NCBI GenBank assembly: GCA_045602645.1
Contig: JAZSBZ010000042.1
Span: forward strand, 1-55,925
Source: Candidatus Scatovivens sp.
Lineage (GTDB): Bacteria > Bacillota > Clostridia > TANB77 > CAG-508
Length of the DNA stretch: 55,925 nucleotides
Direction of reading: 5' to 3'
Positions within the stretch are counted from its first letter, which is position 1. Every line of letters begins with the position of its first letter. The position numbers and the translations under genes are program-made. The notes under the pieces are model-generated. The model ran no database searches. It was not told where the DNA came from and saw nothing but the letters and a program-made list of their open reading frames with translations. Of the stretch, positions 19,440 through 28,371 are shown in pieces.

Positions 19440-19992
19440 CTAAAACCTCTCCTATTCTTTTTCTTACATATGTATTAACTTTCTTTTTTGCTTTTTCAAA
19501 AGCTGTATATCCTTCTTGTTGTGCTGCAATACCTTGTGTGTATTGTTTTTGTCCCCTTCCATCTGTATAAGTCCAATATAAGCCACCAACTGGAATATCA
19601 TGTTTTGAGGCGTTACTATTTTCATTTTTATTAGTTCTAATAGTCTTTCCACTATTGTAATCATTAAGTTCAAATTGCTCTTTCATTGGGTGTGGATTTT
19701 CAGCTCCGACTGTACCTGTTCCAAATTCATCATACAATGCTTGATAACCATACATTAAAGCTTCTTTTTTTTTATCATCACCTTGCACTTCAAAATTCAT
19801 TGGTGTACTATCTTTAACTCCTGATTTATTGTATACGGATTTCATTTTTTTTACACTATATTTAGCTAAATCATCTATTACTTTTTTTTGAGCTTCTTCA
19901 AGTTTTTTATCAACATTTTTTAGTTTTGATAAAAGCTTATCTATTCCTTCTTCACTTAAATCTACTGTAACTTTTTTACTCATTGTCATCAC
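19426..19992 (-). CDS. head-tail joining protein (HK97 gp10-like position)
   Basis: 188 aa. The likely real start is ATG 19983 (aggtga SD). Confidence 0.45.
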   Translation of the reverse strand: MMTMSKKVTVDLSEEGIDKLLSKLKNVDKKLEEAQKKVIDDLAKYSVKKMKSVYNKSGVKDSTPMNFEVQGDDKKKEALMYGYQALYDEFGTGTVGAENPHPMKEQFELNDYNSGKTIRTNKNENSNASKHDIPVGGLYWTYTDGRGQKQYTQGIAAQQEGYTAFEKAKKKVNTYVRKRIGEVLDDFN

Positions 19993-20332
19993 CTGTCATT
20001 CTTTGTAAATAAAAACGAGATTCATTTAAAAATGTTAATGGTTCTCCATCTACATAATAATCTGCATCGTCACATATTATACTATGTTCTTTTGGTGGTT
20101 CTTTAAATACATAACATCTATCATTGTTATGGAAATTTTGAGCAATATTAGGAGATGTATAAACAGCTAATCTTTTATTGTATTCATTGCCTGCTACGAT
20201 TATTTCTCCATCAGTTGAAAGTGGTTGATAATTTAACTTATACTCTACTGGTTCTAAAAATATTATTCTATTATTTTGTTCTTGTTGATTGCATAAATAA
20301 ATTTTTCTTTTATTCCTAGTTAAATGGTTCAT
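19976..20332 (-). CDS. head closure / head-tail adaptor protein
   Basis: 118 aa, ATGA-coupled to the upstream connector gene. Confidence 0.45.
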   Translation of the reverse strand: MNHLTRNKRKIYLCNQQEQNNRIIFLEPVEYKLNYQPLSTDGEIIVAGNEYNKRLAVYTSPNIAQNFHNNDRCYVFKEPPKEHSIICDDADYYVDGEPLTFLNESRFYLQRMTGDDNE

Positions 20333-20682
20333 TACATATCAACTCCTTTAGCTAAGGGTATTATCTTCCTTGTTAACGATAGTGGATAATCAGAAGCATT
20401 GTCATAACCTCTACTAATACCACCTTCTGAATGTGAAGTTTCGCCTTCTGCACCATATTTAGAAATAGCACTTATAGCAAGTTGAATTATTATTCCTGCA
20501 TAAATTTCTTCATAAGGTTTTTCTTCGGTAGGAGTATAATGTCTATCATTGTAATACTCTAGTAAAGCATTTTGGATTTCTTCTATTGCATCTTCCTCTG
20601 TCGCAGAAAGCCCTTTTGATTCTATTCTTTTTTTTAATTTTTCTACTAAAATCATTACTTTCTCATTGTTTTCAAAATCCAT
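20332..20682 (-). CDS. head-tail connector (gp6-like DNA-packaging) protein
   Basis: 116 aa. The pattern ..ALLEYYNDRHYTP..IIIQLAISAISKYGAEGETSHSEGGISRGY resembles gp6-type connectors. Confidence 0.55.
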   Translation of the reverse strand: MDFENNEKVMILVEKLKKRIESKGLSATEEDAIEEIQNALLEYYNDRHYTPTEEKPYEEIYAGIIIQLAISAISKYGAEGETSHSEGGISRGYDNASDYPLSLTRKIIPLAKGVDM

Positions 20683-20697
20683 TTTTTACTCCTTTTT

Positions 20698-20910
20698 TTA
20701 ATTCTCTTTATTGAATGACGCTTTGTTTTGCATTTTATAAGCCTCTTCAAGAGAAATAGAATACATTTTTTCGCTTACTTTTGAATCTATTACAATAATT
20801 GTTTTTGTTGCTTCAACATTGTATTCATCACCTTTTTTTGTAACCTTTACTTCTACAAGCTTGTCGCCAAAAGGTTTAATATATACTTTGTTTTCATATT
20901 TGTATAACAT
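20698..20910 (-). CDS. hypothetical protein
   Basis: 70 aa, with SD, tightly packed after the capsid gene. Confidence 0.45.
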   Translation of the reverse strand: MLYKYENKVYIKPFGDKLVEVKVTKKGDEYNVEATKTIIVIDSKVSEKMYSISLEEAYKMQNKASFNKEN

Positions 20911-21206
20911 TATTTTTTCCCTTTCTTGGTTTCTAAACCATATTTTTGATTAATTTTTTCATTCTCTTCTTTTTGTTCTTCTTTTAAGTCCTTCAACTCT
21001 TTGGTTTCTTCTTTTTGTTCTTCTTTTATTTGTTCTTCTTTTATTTTTTGGTTCTCTTGGTCTTTTGCTTCTTCAATAATAGAGGCTACTTTTTTTGTAG
21101 CCTCCTTTTTATCAGAAGCTATTTGATAACCAAGTTGTTTATATTGTTGTTCAAAAGTTCCTTTTGTAACAATTAATTTTGAACTTCCTTTAACTATCGT
21201 TATCAT
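20910..21206 (-). CDS. Lys/Glu-rich hypothetical protein
   Basis: 98 aa with EEQKEE repeats. ATGA-type coupling to the next ORF. Confidence 0.45.
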   Translation of the reverse strand: MITIVKGSSKLIVTKGTFEQQYKQLGYQIASDKKEATKKVASIIEEAKDQENQKIKEEQIKEEQKEETKELKDLKEEQKEENEKINQKYGLETKKGKK

Positions 21207-21224
21207 TCTTGCTCCCCTTTCTTA

Positions 21225-22259
21225 TTAAGATGCACTTGTATCAAAGATAAATACGCCATCTGCTTGTTCAAAAGATGGTAACATTACCATTGAAACTTTT
21301 GTTTCTACATTTACAGGATCTATAATTTTAGAAGTTGTTACCGCTACTGAATTGTTTACTAATGAAACCTCTGCATCTGTTGCTCCAGTCATTAAGTCAC
21401 TCTCTTCTGGAGTCGTTCCATAATGAGTTTCTCCTAGAGGTCCTTCTGGGAACATTACAAAAACATCATCTGCAAAATAGTTTGTAAATTGTCCTTGCTC
21501 ATTTACATATCCATTATCATTAGCATAAATAGAAAGACCAGTCTCATTTTCTATGTATCTTTGAACTTCTTTTGCTGTAATAGTTACATTACCATTTGCT
21601 AAAACATAAATTCTGTTTTTTATAGCAGTATTATTTACTAGAGCACTTAATAGATTTGAATTACACATAGCTCTTGTTAATTTGTAGCCTTTTTTCCTAG
21701 CCACATTTTGAGCATCTGTGATATCTTTAATTATATCAGCTCCAGCATCAGTCCAAGATGTTTGAACTGTAATTTTATTTTCTTGTGGCATACCATAATC
21801 ATAAGTATAAGCTTGACCATTGCTTGCTAATGTAATTGTTCCTGTTGTAAGTAATTGCATCCTTACTCTTTCAACTGTTTCATAAGCTGCTTTTATTAAT
21901 TTAATTTCATCATCAAATATTCTTGCAACTATTGCTCTTATCATATTTTCATTTTGTGTTTGTATTAAAGTATTTAATTGTTGTCTCATTTTTTCGTCGA
22001 TAACCATTGATTCTTTAAAGAATGGCATATCTGTTTTTACTTTTTCAATTCCTTGTCTATCTCTTCTAATAGCTTTTGAGTCATAAGCACTTAATCTTAG
22101 TCCTACAACTTGATTATTAGCACCTTTTATCCAATCTAATTCAACACCAATTTCCTTTTTGAAAGGAAATAATTGGTCTCCTACTGTTACATCGTTTAAA
22201 TCTTTTTCAATCCAATAAGCTACCATGTTTGAGCTTGTTACTAAATCAAATATATTCAT
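21225..22259 (-). CDS. major capsid protein (lambda gpE-like family)
   Basis: 344 aa. The N-terminal pattern LFPFKKEIGVELDWIKG..GLRLSAYDSKAIRRDR is typical of capsid protein E-type sequences. Confidence 0.8.
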   Translation of the reverse strand: MNIFDLVTSSNMVAYWIEKDLNDVTVGDQLFPFKKEIGVELDWIKGANNQVVGLRLSAYDSKAIRRDRQGIEKVKTDMPFFKESMVIDEKMRQQLNTLIQTQNENMIRAIVARIFDDEIKLIKAAYETVERVRMQLLTTGTITLASNGQAYTYDYGMPQENKITVQTSWTDAGADIIKDITDAQNVARKKGYKLTRAMCNSNLLSALVNNTAIKNRIYVLANGNVTITAKEVQRYIENETGLSIYANDNGYVNEQGQFTNYFADDVFVMFPEGPLGETHYGTTPEESDLMTGATDAEVSLVNNSVAVTTSKIIDPVNVETKVSMVMLPSFEQADGVFIFDTSAS

Positions 22260-22678
22260 TATATAGCACTCCCTTCTACAAATATTATTCTAGGTAATGC
22301 AGCCTTTGCTTCTGTTGTTATCATTGATTTTACACTTGAATCTAATTTAAGCAAATCAACACAACCTGCAAGAATTATTGTTGCATTTTCTGCTCCTGCT
22401 GTTACATCTACATCATGTAGTAATACAGCAGTTGCATTATTTGAAGCTGGGCTATCTCCAGCTGCTTCTGTTTGAGTAGCTTTTACAAAAGCCGTATCTC
22501 TCTTTTCAATATCTCCATATAAAGGAGTTCCTGCTTTTAGGATTTTCTTCCCATCGCTATCTGCTGAAATTCCTGTATTTGTTACTTGTGCTGGTAATGT
22601 TACCATATAACTATCATTTGCTATTAAAATATTTTTTTCTGGAGCACCATATTGCTCAGTTATTACTCTGTTTGCCAT
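22259..22678 (-). CDS. head decoration-like protein
   Basis: 139 aa, directly upstream of and overlapping the capsid gene start (position analogous to lambda D). Confidence 0.45.
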   Translation of the reverse strand: MANRVITEQYGAPEKNILIANDSYMVTLPAQVTNTGISADSDGKKILKAGTPLYGDIEKRDTAFVKATQTEAAGDSPASNNATAVLLHDVDVTAGAENATIILAGCVDLLKLDSSVKSMITTEAKAALPRIIFVEGSAI

Positions 22679-22685
22679 TTTCTAT

Positions 22686-23309
22686 CTATTCCTTTCTAAA
22701 AAAATCTTTTTCAACTTTCGACTCAACCTTTGTAGATTGAGCTAGTTGCTTACCAAAAGAGCCTTTTTCATCTCCGTTGCCACCATCTTCTCCTTCTTTA
22801 AAAGAACCCATCTTTCCAAGTTTATTTTTGATTGCTTCGTTTTTACCAACTTCATAAGCACTTGCAACAATTTTTGAGACATATTTGCTTATTTTATCAG
22901 TCTTGTCGTTATCTTCAAAAGAAATACTTGAAAGAAATTCATCGTATTCTTTATCATTATCTTTAATGCCAGCTTTGATTCTTGCTTCTGCTAAAGAACT
23001 ACTTGCATTGCTTCTACTTTGAGAAACTTTACTTTCGGCTAATTCTTTTTGTAAACTTTCTATTAATTTTTTAGTATCTTCATCAGCTTTTTTCTTTTTG
23101 TCATCGTCTGTCATTTTAGATTCTAATTGTGCCTGTAAATCAGCAATCTTGTCATTCAACTCTTTTTTTTCTTTATTTGCTTTTCCACTATTTGTATACT
23201 CACCTGTTGATAAAATTTGTTTTTTGAAGAAATCATTTATTTCTTCTTGTGTTAAACCATCTTTGTAATGGTCACCCATGATTTGTTTCATAAGTTCTTC
23301 TAAATTCAT
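22686..23309 (-). CDS. capsid scaffolding protein
   Basis: 207 aa. Highly charged and helical (KKELNDKIADLQAQLESK..), lying between the portal and capsid genes. Confidence 0.65.
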   Translation of the reverse strand: MNLEELMKQIMGDHYKDGLTQEEINDFFKKQILSTGEYTNSGKANKEKKELNDKIADLQAQLESKMTDDDKKKKADEDTKKLIESLQKELAESKVSQSRSNASSSLAEARIKAGIKDNDKEYDEFLSSISFEDNDKTDKISKYVSKIVASAYEVGKNEAIKNKLGKMGSFKEGEDGGNGDEKGSFGKQLAQSTKVESKVEKDFFRKE

Positions 23310-23394
23310 TTTTTTACCTTTCTTTCAGTAGTGTTTTATGGCACTTCTCTGTGCAATACCTATCTACAAATATAGCCATTGTAGAACTGGCAAT

Positions 23395-24849
23395 TTATAT
23401 ATTTTGACTTTCCAAAACAACTTCTTTTTCAGTTGTCTTTTTAGTCTTAATATCATTATTTTTTTGTTGCCCTTCTTGTTCTTTTTTGTACTTTTGACCT
23501 CTTGCAATAACTCCTTGAATGTCTGTTGTCATATCCGCCATTGCTAACGCATCTTCTGGAGCTATTTCTCCAGTTGATACTAATGTGTTGAAACTTTGAG
23601 CTTTTGTTTGTATGTCATCGTTTTTGTTTCTAGGTAATTTAATATCTATATCTTCTAGCTTGAAATTTTTTGAAACTAAATTTAATAATTTTAAAACTTC
23701 AATTCCTACCGCTAATTGTTTCTTTTTTGCAATTTTGAAATAACTTTCTTTTATTCTTGCAACTATTTCTATGTCAGCCCAACCATCACGAAGCTTTACC
23801 GCATTTCCAGTATCTCCGCCACCGCCAGACCTTGTTTTCCTATCTGGTATTCCTACTATTGTTTTGTATGCTTCCTCAAAATATTCACGCAAATTTTGTA
23901 TTCCTAAACTATCTAACTGTTGATATATAAATTTAGCATCTACATTTTGCCCTGGTTGACCTATTAATTGTAAGATTCTATTTTTTCTCGCTTTTTTAGC
24001 TTCATCTTCGCCTAGTTCTGCATTTAAGATAATCAATAAACTTTTTATTACATTTTCAACATCACTAATACTGTCACTCGCAAGTAAATTTAAAGCATCA
24101 CTTATCTGTATTGCCATTTCAAAATCGCCTTGCATAAATTGATTGTTCTTAACTAATACTATTGGGTTTAATCCTATTGGGTTTATGTCATAATCAACTA
24201 TTTTGGCACTATTATTAAATGTGTCTTGACCTTCACATTCTATTTTATACATTTCATCATCTGAATAACAATAAAATACAGTTTTATTCTTTTCTTTTGA
24301 CACATAATATGTTACAGATAATTTTACTGGATTATCCAACTCTGGTGAACATACAATAAATGTTGTGTCTGGTTTTAAGGCTATTGGTACTAACGGATAA
24401 TCTGGCATATAATCGCTATACAGATTTTTTGATGGAAATAGCCCTAAATAAGCCATTCCAGTTATACTTGCCCAGAAACCTGTTTCATTGTCTTTTGTTT
24501 CTGAGTTTTCATAATTTAATACATCAGTTAGTTTTTCAATATCTCTTAAATGTTTGCCTTTTCTTTGAGTTATCTGTGCACCTTGTGAATATGTATATCC
24601 TACAATTGTTCTTACTGTCGAATTTGCATAATTTATTGTTGTTTGATTTTCTATTTCATTGCCGTAAAAATTACTTGTACTGCCTTTTGTGTTTTGATTT
24701 TGCTTTCCATTATAATAATCTACTAGTTTATAGATGTCTGCTCTATTATATAAATGAGTAGTCCAAGCTTTTTGTATTACATCTTTAATTGTATTTTTAT
24801 TTATTTCTTCATCTACAATTATTAATTTTCTTCCTTTTCCTAAAGCCAC
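23395..24849 (-). CDS. portal protein (SPP1 gp6-like)
   Basis: About 485 aa, downstream of the terminase. The ORF is open from 24882 (TTG), but GTG 24849 has the SD aaagaggtgg. Confidence 0.8.
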   Translation of the reverse strand: MALGKGRKLIIVDEEINKNTIKDVIQKAWTTHLYNRADIYKLVDYYNGKQNQNTKGSTSNFYGNEIENQTTINYANSTVRTIVGYTYSQGAQITQRKGKHLRDIEKLTDVLNYENSETKDNETGFWASITGMAYLGLFPSKNLYSDYMPDYPLVPIALKPDTTFIVCSPELDNPVKLSVTYYVSKEKNKTVFYCYSDDEMYKIECEGQDTFNNSAKIVDYDINPIGLNPIVLVKNNQFMQGDFEMAIQISDALNLLASDSISDVENVIKSLLIILNAELGEDEAKKARKNRILQLIGQPGQNVDAKFIYQQLDSLGIQNLREYFEEAYKTIVGIPDRKTRSGGGGDTGNAVKLRDGWADIEIVARIKESYFKIAKKKQLAVGIEVLKLLNLVSKNFKLEDIDIKLPRNKNDDIQTKAQSFNTLVSTGEIAPEDALAMADMTTDIQGVIARGQKYKKEQEGQQKNNDIKTKKTTEKEVVLESQNI

Positions 24850-24891
24850 TTGTTCCACCTCTTTTATAAAAATAAAAGCCAATGATATTTA

Positions 24892-25065
24892 TTATCTATC
24901 ATTGGCTTCTGGAGCTCTTTTTATATTCTCTGTTTTAACCTGAAATTCTTTTTTGCACCTTGGACACCAAAAATATATCCCTTTTGGTATCGCATAATAC
25001 TCCATGGTGCAAATTAGTTTCCTACATTGAGGACAATTTATTTTTATTCTATCTAGTTTAATCAT
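24892..25065 (-). CDS. Com-like zinc-ribbon protein
   Basis: 57-aa ORF below the track cutoff (MIKLDRIKINCPQCRKLICT...WCPRCKKEFQV). Two CxxC pairs. SD aggag upstream of ATG 25065. Confidence 0.5.
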   Translation of the reverse strand: MIKLDRIKINCPQCRKLICTMEYYAIPKGIYFWCPRCKKEFQVKTENIKRAPEANDR

Positions 25066-25082
25066 AAGTTTCTCCTATATTA

Positions 25083-25111
25083 AGAATAACATATTAATTT
25101 TAAAATGTCAA
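25083..25111 (-). promoter_or_regulatory. sigma-70-type promoter candidate upstream of the Com-like gene
   Basis: Minus strand: TTGACA, 17 nt, TATTCT. Confidence 0.35.
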
Positions 25112-25229
25112 CTTTTTTTCCACAAAAAAACCGCCTTATCCCCACAAGACAGCTTTTTTTAAAAAATAATATTTTAGGAGAAAGCAACAAAACGAAAGTT
25201 TTTTTGTCGCTATAATTTATTATATATTT

Positions 25230-25258
25230 ATAATAGCATATTTTTTAAGAAATGTCAA
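25230..25258 (-). promoter_or_regulatory. sigma-70-type promoter candidate just after the terminase stop
   Basis: Minus strand: TTGACA, 17 nt, TATTAT. Confidence 0.4.
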
Positions 25259-25259
25259 A

Positions 25260-26597
25260 TTATATCCCTAACATATTTCTTGAAATATTACTTACTGCTT
25301 TTCCATAATTACCTTTCATTCCTAAAACATTTGCAAAAAGCCCAGCTAGACTGTCTGGGGCATCATCATGTTGTTTTTTCTTTATATTTTTTGCACTCGT
25401 CTGATTGAACTTAAATACTTGATTTAAGGCATCATTGAACATTTTGTTTCCTCTTATACCTTCTCTTATAGGAATAACCAATCTATACTTTGATGCTGCA
25501 CTTCCTCTTATCGCTGCTTGATGGTTTAGTATTCTATCTGTTTTACTCTTTGTTGTTGGAGCTTTCTTGCTATCTACATAGCACTCGACTCCATCTTTCT
25601 TTAGTTCTTCCTTAATATCATCTGCATATTCGTCTCCACCATTGTTTGCTTCAAAACATATTCTTGTTATTCCATAGCTCTTTATAAAACTTATTACTTG
25701 CGGTTTTGTTACCGTTTTATCTGCCTTATTTACAAAATACCATGCAATTAATTTGCAATTCCCATTTTCGTATTCGTCTACAATAGGCATTGACAACCAA
25801 TCTTCTCCGCCCCACGCAACATCACACGAAGCTACCGTCCTTACATATCCTTCTTCTCTTTCATATGTCGGTAAATCAAATTTTTTAAATTCTTTCTCAA
25901 AAAATAATATTCCTTCTCTTTCTATTGGCTCTTGCTGTATTAGACAACTAAATGATACTGGGTCCATTAAATCTCTATCTTCATGAAACATCTTTGTTGT
26001 TATCGCAAATCCATATTTATAGTTGAAGTTGCTCTCGTCATTTTCATCTAATCCTGGCAGTCTTATTCTTATTAGTCTCTCTGGCTCGTGCTCCTCATAA
26101 TACGCAATCGTTCTCGATAATGGGTCATTAATACTGAATATTGTTCCATTTAATAGCAACTTGCAATTTCCTTGCATACGCTTCCTTAATGTTCCTGTAA
26201 ATTCTATCCACTTCTTATCCATTAAGTCTTTGTTGCTTGCCTCTTCTATATCTTTTACTAAGTCATCACAAAAAAGTATGTTATGTGCTCTCGTTCTTCC
26301 TGTTACTGAACCATCAAATCCTACACAATATAACGAATACTCTGAATGTGGTCTTTTTCTATTTTCTTCATTTGTATAATCTAAACTTAGTGTCTCCGCA
26401 CTCCTATATATTTCCCTTAATTTCGGGAATATTTTTTTAAAGTTCCCCATATCATCATTTATTAACGCATCTATTCCATTGTACCCCTTGTCTTTCGCTA
26501 TCGCTGCTGAATAACTTACAAACATTGATGGTAGCTCTGGGTCTTTTCCTATGCTCCAACTTAAAAACCTCTTGCCAATCTCCGTCTTTCCAGTCCC
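25260..26597 (-). CDS. terL: terminase large subunit, C-terminal 445 codons (ATPase core from the P-loop, plus nuclease)
   Basis: This frame opens at about 26612 and reads GTGKTEIGKRFLSWSIGKDPELPSMFVSYS.. It is +1 relative to ORF 26455..27102. Confidence 0.8.
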   Translation of the reverse strand, partial: GTGKTEIGKRFLSWSIGKDPELPSMFVSYSAAIAKDKGYNGIDALINDDMGNFKKIFPKLREIYRSAETLSLDYTNEENRKRPHSEYSLYCVGFDGSVTGRTRAHNILFCDDLVKDIEEASNKDLMDKKWIEFTGTLRKRMQGNCKLLLNGTIFSINDPLSRTIAYYEEHEPERLIRIRLPGLDENDESNFNYKYGFAITTKMFHEDRDLMDPVSFSCLIQQEPIEREGILFFEKEFKKFDLPTYEREEGYVRTVASCDVAWGGEDWLSMPIVDEYENGNCKLIAWYFVNKADKTVTKPQVISFIKSYGITRICFEANNGGDEYADDIKEELKKDGVECYVDSKKAPTTKSKTDRILNHQAAIRGSAASKYRLVIPIREGIRGNKMFNDALNQVFKFNQTSAKNIKKKQHDDAPDSLAGLFANVLGMKGNYGKAVSNISRNMLGI

Positions 26598-27102
26598 GTT
26601 GTGGCATACTTACTGTCATTATTGGATTGTCTGTCCTGTAATAAAATTTCGTATATTCCCTCGCTAACGCATTTAATACCATCGTCCTCGGTGCTATAAA
26701 TTGCTTCTCTGGTGCTATCCCAAATTCCATCGCTGGTAAATAATATTCAAACAAGTACCTCGCTAAATAATAGTACGTCTCTTTCATCGCTTGATATAAT
26801 TGCCTCTGTACCTCTAAATCTTTCGCTTCCTTTATCGCTTTGTTTATATTTAAACTTATCGCTGTTCCTATTTGTATGCTCTCCGCCGTCTTTAAATTCT
26901 TTGTGCTGTAATCGTACTCTACTTTGCAAACTTTATCCCTGTCCTCAATTAAAGACTTATCATACCTCAATATATTCAATAAAAGTAGTCTCTTACTTAC
27001 TTCCATCTCTGTATTCTCTAAATTGTACTCTATTTTTTTTATGTCTTTCTCTATTTTTTCGTAATCTTGCTGTTCTTCCACTTTTACCCTCCAATTAGCC
27101 AT
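26455..27102 (-). CDS. terL: terminase large subunit, N-terminal fragment (frame 0, up to the CGG at 26596-26598)
   Basis: ..FIAPRTMVLNALAREY..NPIMTVSMPQR leads into the P-loop and then runs out of frame. SD ggagggtaaaagtgg lies in the overlap with the upstream small ORF. Confidence 0.75.
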   Translation of the reverse strand: MANWRVKVEEQQDYEKIEKDIKKIEYNLENTEMEVSKRLLLLNILRYDKSLIEDRDKVCKVEYDYSTKNLKTAESIQIGTAISLNINKAIKEAKDLEVQRQLYQAMKETYYYLARYLFEYYLPAMEFGIAPEKQFIAPRTMVLNALAREYTKFYYRTDNPIMTVSMPQRDWKDGDWQEVFKLEHRKRPRATINVCKLFSSDSERQGVQWNRCVNK

Positions 27103-27239
27103 GCTTCAAAACATATTAGTAATGTTGTGAATAACATTGTTAATGCTTTATCTCCACCTGTTTCACTAAATGAGTCTTCTATTCCATCTATTATCCCTAT
27201 TCCTATTATTATTGCTAATATTACTCTCATTACTCCCAT
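27084..27239 (-). CDS. possible small membrane protein
   Basis: 51-aa ORF below the cutoff (MGVMRVILAIIIGIGIIDG..LLICFEAWLIGG). SD ggagga. Overlaps the terL start. Confidence 0.35.
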   Translation of the reverse strand: MGVMRVILAIIIGIGIIDGIEDSFSETGGDKALTMLFTTLLICFEAWLIGG

Positions 27240-27287
27240 AAATATTCCTCCATTATCATTATTATTAGTTTGTTTACACTTATATTA

Positions 27288-27494
27288 TTATTCCTTGCTA
27301 TCTCTTCCAATTCTTCGTGTATCTCCTTTGGTATCCTTATACTCCTTTTTATGTTCTTCTCTGGATTTTCCATTGCTCCCCCTTCCTTCAATTAAATGTT
27401 GCATTACTATTATTAATAACTCTATCATTATCGTTCCTAATGCCCCGTAAAATATCCCTGTATAAAATATCATTCTTAATATATCACCTATCAT
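27288..27494 (-). CDS. small membrane protein with basic tail
   Basis: 68 aa. TM segment GIFYGALGTIMIELLIIVM followed by a K/R/E-rich tail. Confidence 0.45.
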   Translation of the reverse strand: MIGDILRMIFYTGIFYGALGTIMIELLIIVMQHLIEGRGSNGKSREEHKKEYKDTKGDTRRIGRDSKE

Positions 27495-27737
27495 TTATTT
27501 ATCCTCCTTCTTCCTTAAGTCTATTATTATCTCCTCTTGGCTTAAATCCTTTTCATTTAATAGTGTGTCTGCTATTTGCCTTAGTACATCCTTAGCTTCT
27601 AACCATGTTGTATAATCCTCTATTATCGTTGTCTTTCCCTCTACACTCTCCCCAATTAAATACCTGTTGTTTACCTTTATACTTAATTTCGTTGCGTTTA
27701 TTATCTCGTTTTTCCCGTTTACAAATCGTATATCCAT
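27495..27737 (-). CDS. hypothetical protein (first gene of the late operon)
   Basis: 80 aa with a strong SD taaggaggg. Confidence 0.5.
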   Translation of the reverse strand: MDIRFVNGKNEIINATKLSIKVNNRYLIGESVEGKTTIIEDYTTWLEAKDVLRQIADTLLNEKDLSQEEIIIDLRKKEDK

Positions 27738-27758
27738 CTCTTTACCCTCCTTACCTCT

Positions 27759-27790
27759 ATTATATCATAAAAAGTGGTGGCATACAAGCC
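27759..27790 (-). promoter_or_regulatory. extended -10 promoter for the structural operon
   Basis: Minus strand: TTGTAT, 17 nt, TGATATAAT, about 20 nt upstream of the SD of ORF 27737. Confidence 0.4.
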
Positions 27791-27810
27791 TTTTTGTTTT
27801 TTTATTTGCT

Positions 27811-27918
27811 CGGGGGGTAGATACGCCTGCCAGGGGGTCTGCTCCAAAAATAGGGGTCAGGGTGCGAATTCTTATAACTTCTAAGTGGATTGTCTCCGCT
27901 TCTTTCATTCTCTGCGGA
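27811..27918. other. GC-rich G-tract island (candidate cos/packaging or regulator site)
   Basis: G6, G5, G4 and G3 runs (cggggggtag..cagggggtct..taggggtcaggg) plus a tccgc/gcgga hairpin, in otherwise about 70-75% AT DNA. No SD-led ORF. Confidence 0.4.
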
Positions 27919-27958
27919 TCGTCTTCCAAAAAAACTTGAAAAACTTTCCAAAAAAGTG

Positions 27959-27987
27959 TTGACAAACTATAGAAAATATAGTATAAT
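27959..27987 (+). promoter_or_regulatory. consensus sigma-70 promoter, copy A
   Basis: TTGACA, 17 nt, TATAAT. Part of the ~80-bp direct repeat at 27928-28008. Confidence 0.7.
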
Positions 27988-28019
27988 ATAATCAAGTTAA
28001 GAGAGAGGAGAAAAAAAAG

Positions 28020-28196
28020 ATGAAAAACTTATTAATTAATATTTTATTCTTTGGAACTATTGCATTAATAGCTGGGGGCATTTTCAGCTTTTCAGAATAT
28101 CAAATGAGAGGGGCAGAAAATTTCAAAGGGTATACATCAGAAGAATGTCAGCAATATTATTCAGAATACAATTCAGAATATCCAGAAGATTTTTAA
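28020..28196 (+). CDS. small membrane protein
   Basis: 58-aa ORF below the cutoff (MKNLLINILFFGTIALIAGGIFSF..). SD gaggag. It lies between the two promoter copies. Confidence 0.5.
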   Translation: MKNLLINILFFGTIALIAGGIFSFSEYQMRGAENFKGYTSEECQQYYSEYNSEYPEDF

Positions 28197-28225
28197 AAAA
28201 ACTTTAAAAAGCTTTCCCAAAAGTG

Positions 28226-28253
28226 TTGACAAACTATAAAAATATAGTATAAT
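28226..28253 (+). promoter_or_regulatory. consensus sigma-70 promoter, copy B
   Basis: TTGACA, 16 nt, TATAAT. Part of the direct repeat at 28193-28272. Confidence 0.7.
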
Positions 28254-28371
28254 ATAATCAAGTTAAGAGAGAGAACAAAAGCAACGCAAAATGGTGTTAT
28301 TGGAAAAGTAGAAAAAGCCCGTTGATGTTCAATCAATTAATAAAAAAATAATATTTTAGGAGGAAAAAGAA

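Noticed and set aside
27667-27995. ORFs 27667..27939 (+) and 27765..27995 (-) covering the GC-rich island
   Set aside because: They have no SD and they span promoters and the intergenic island. I treat the region as a DNA or RNA element, not as coding sequence.
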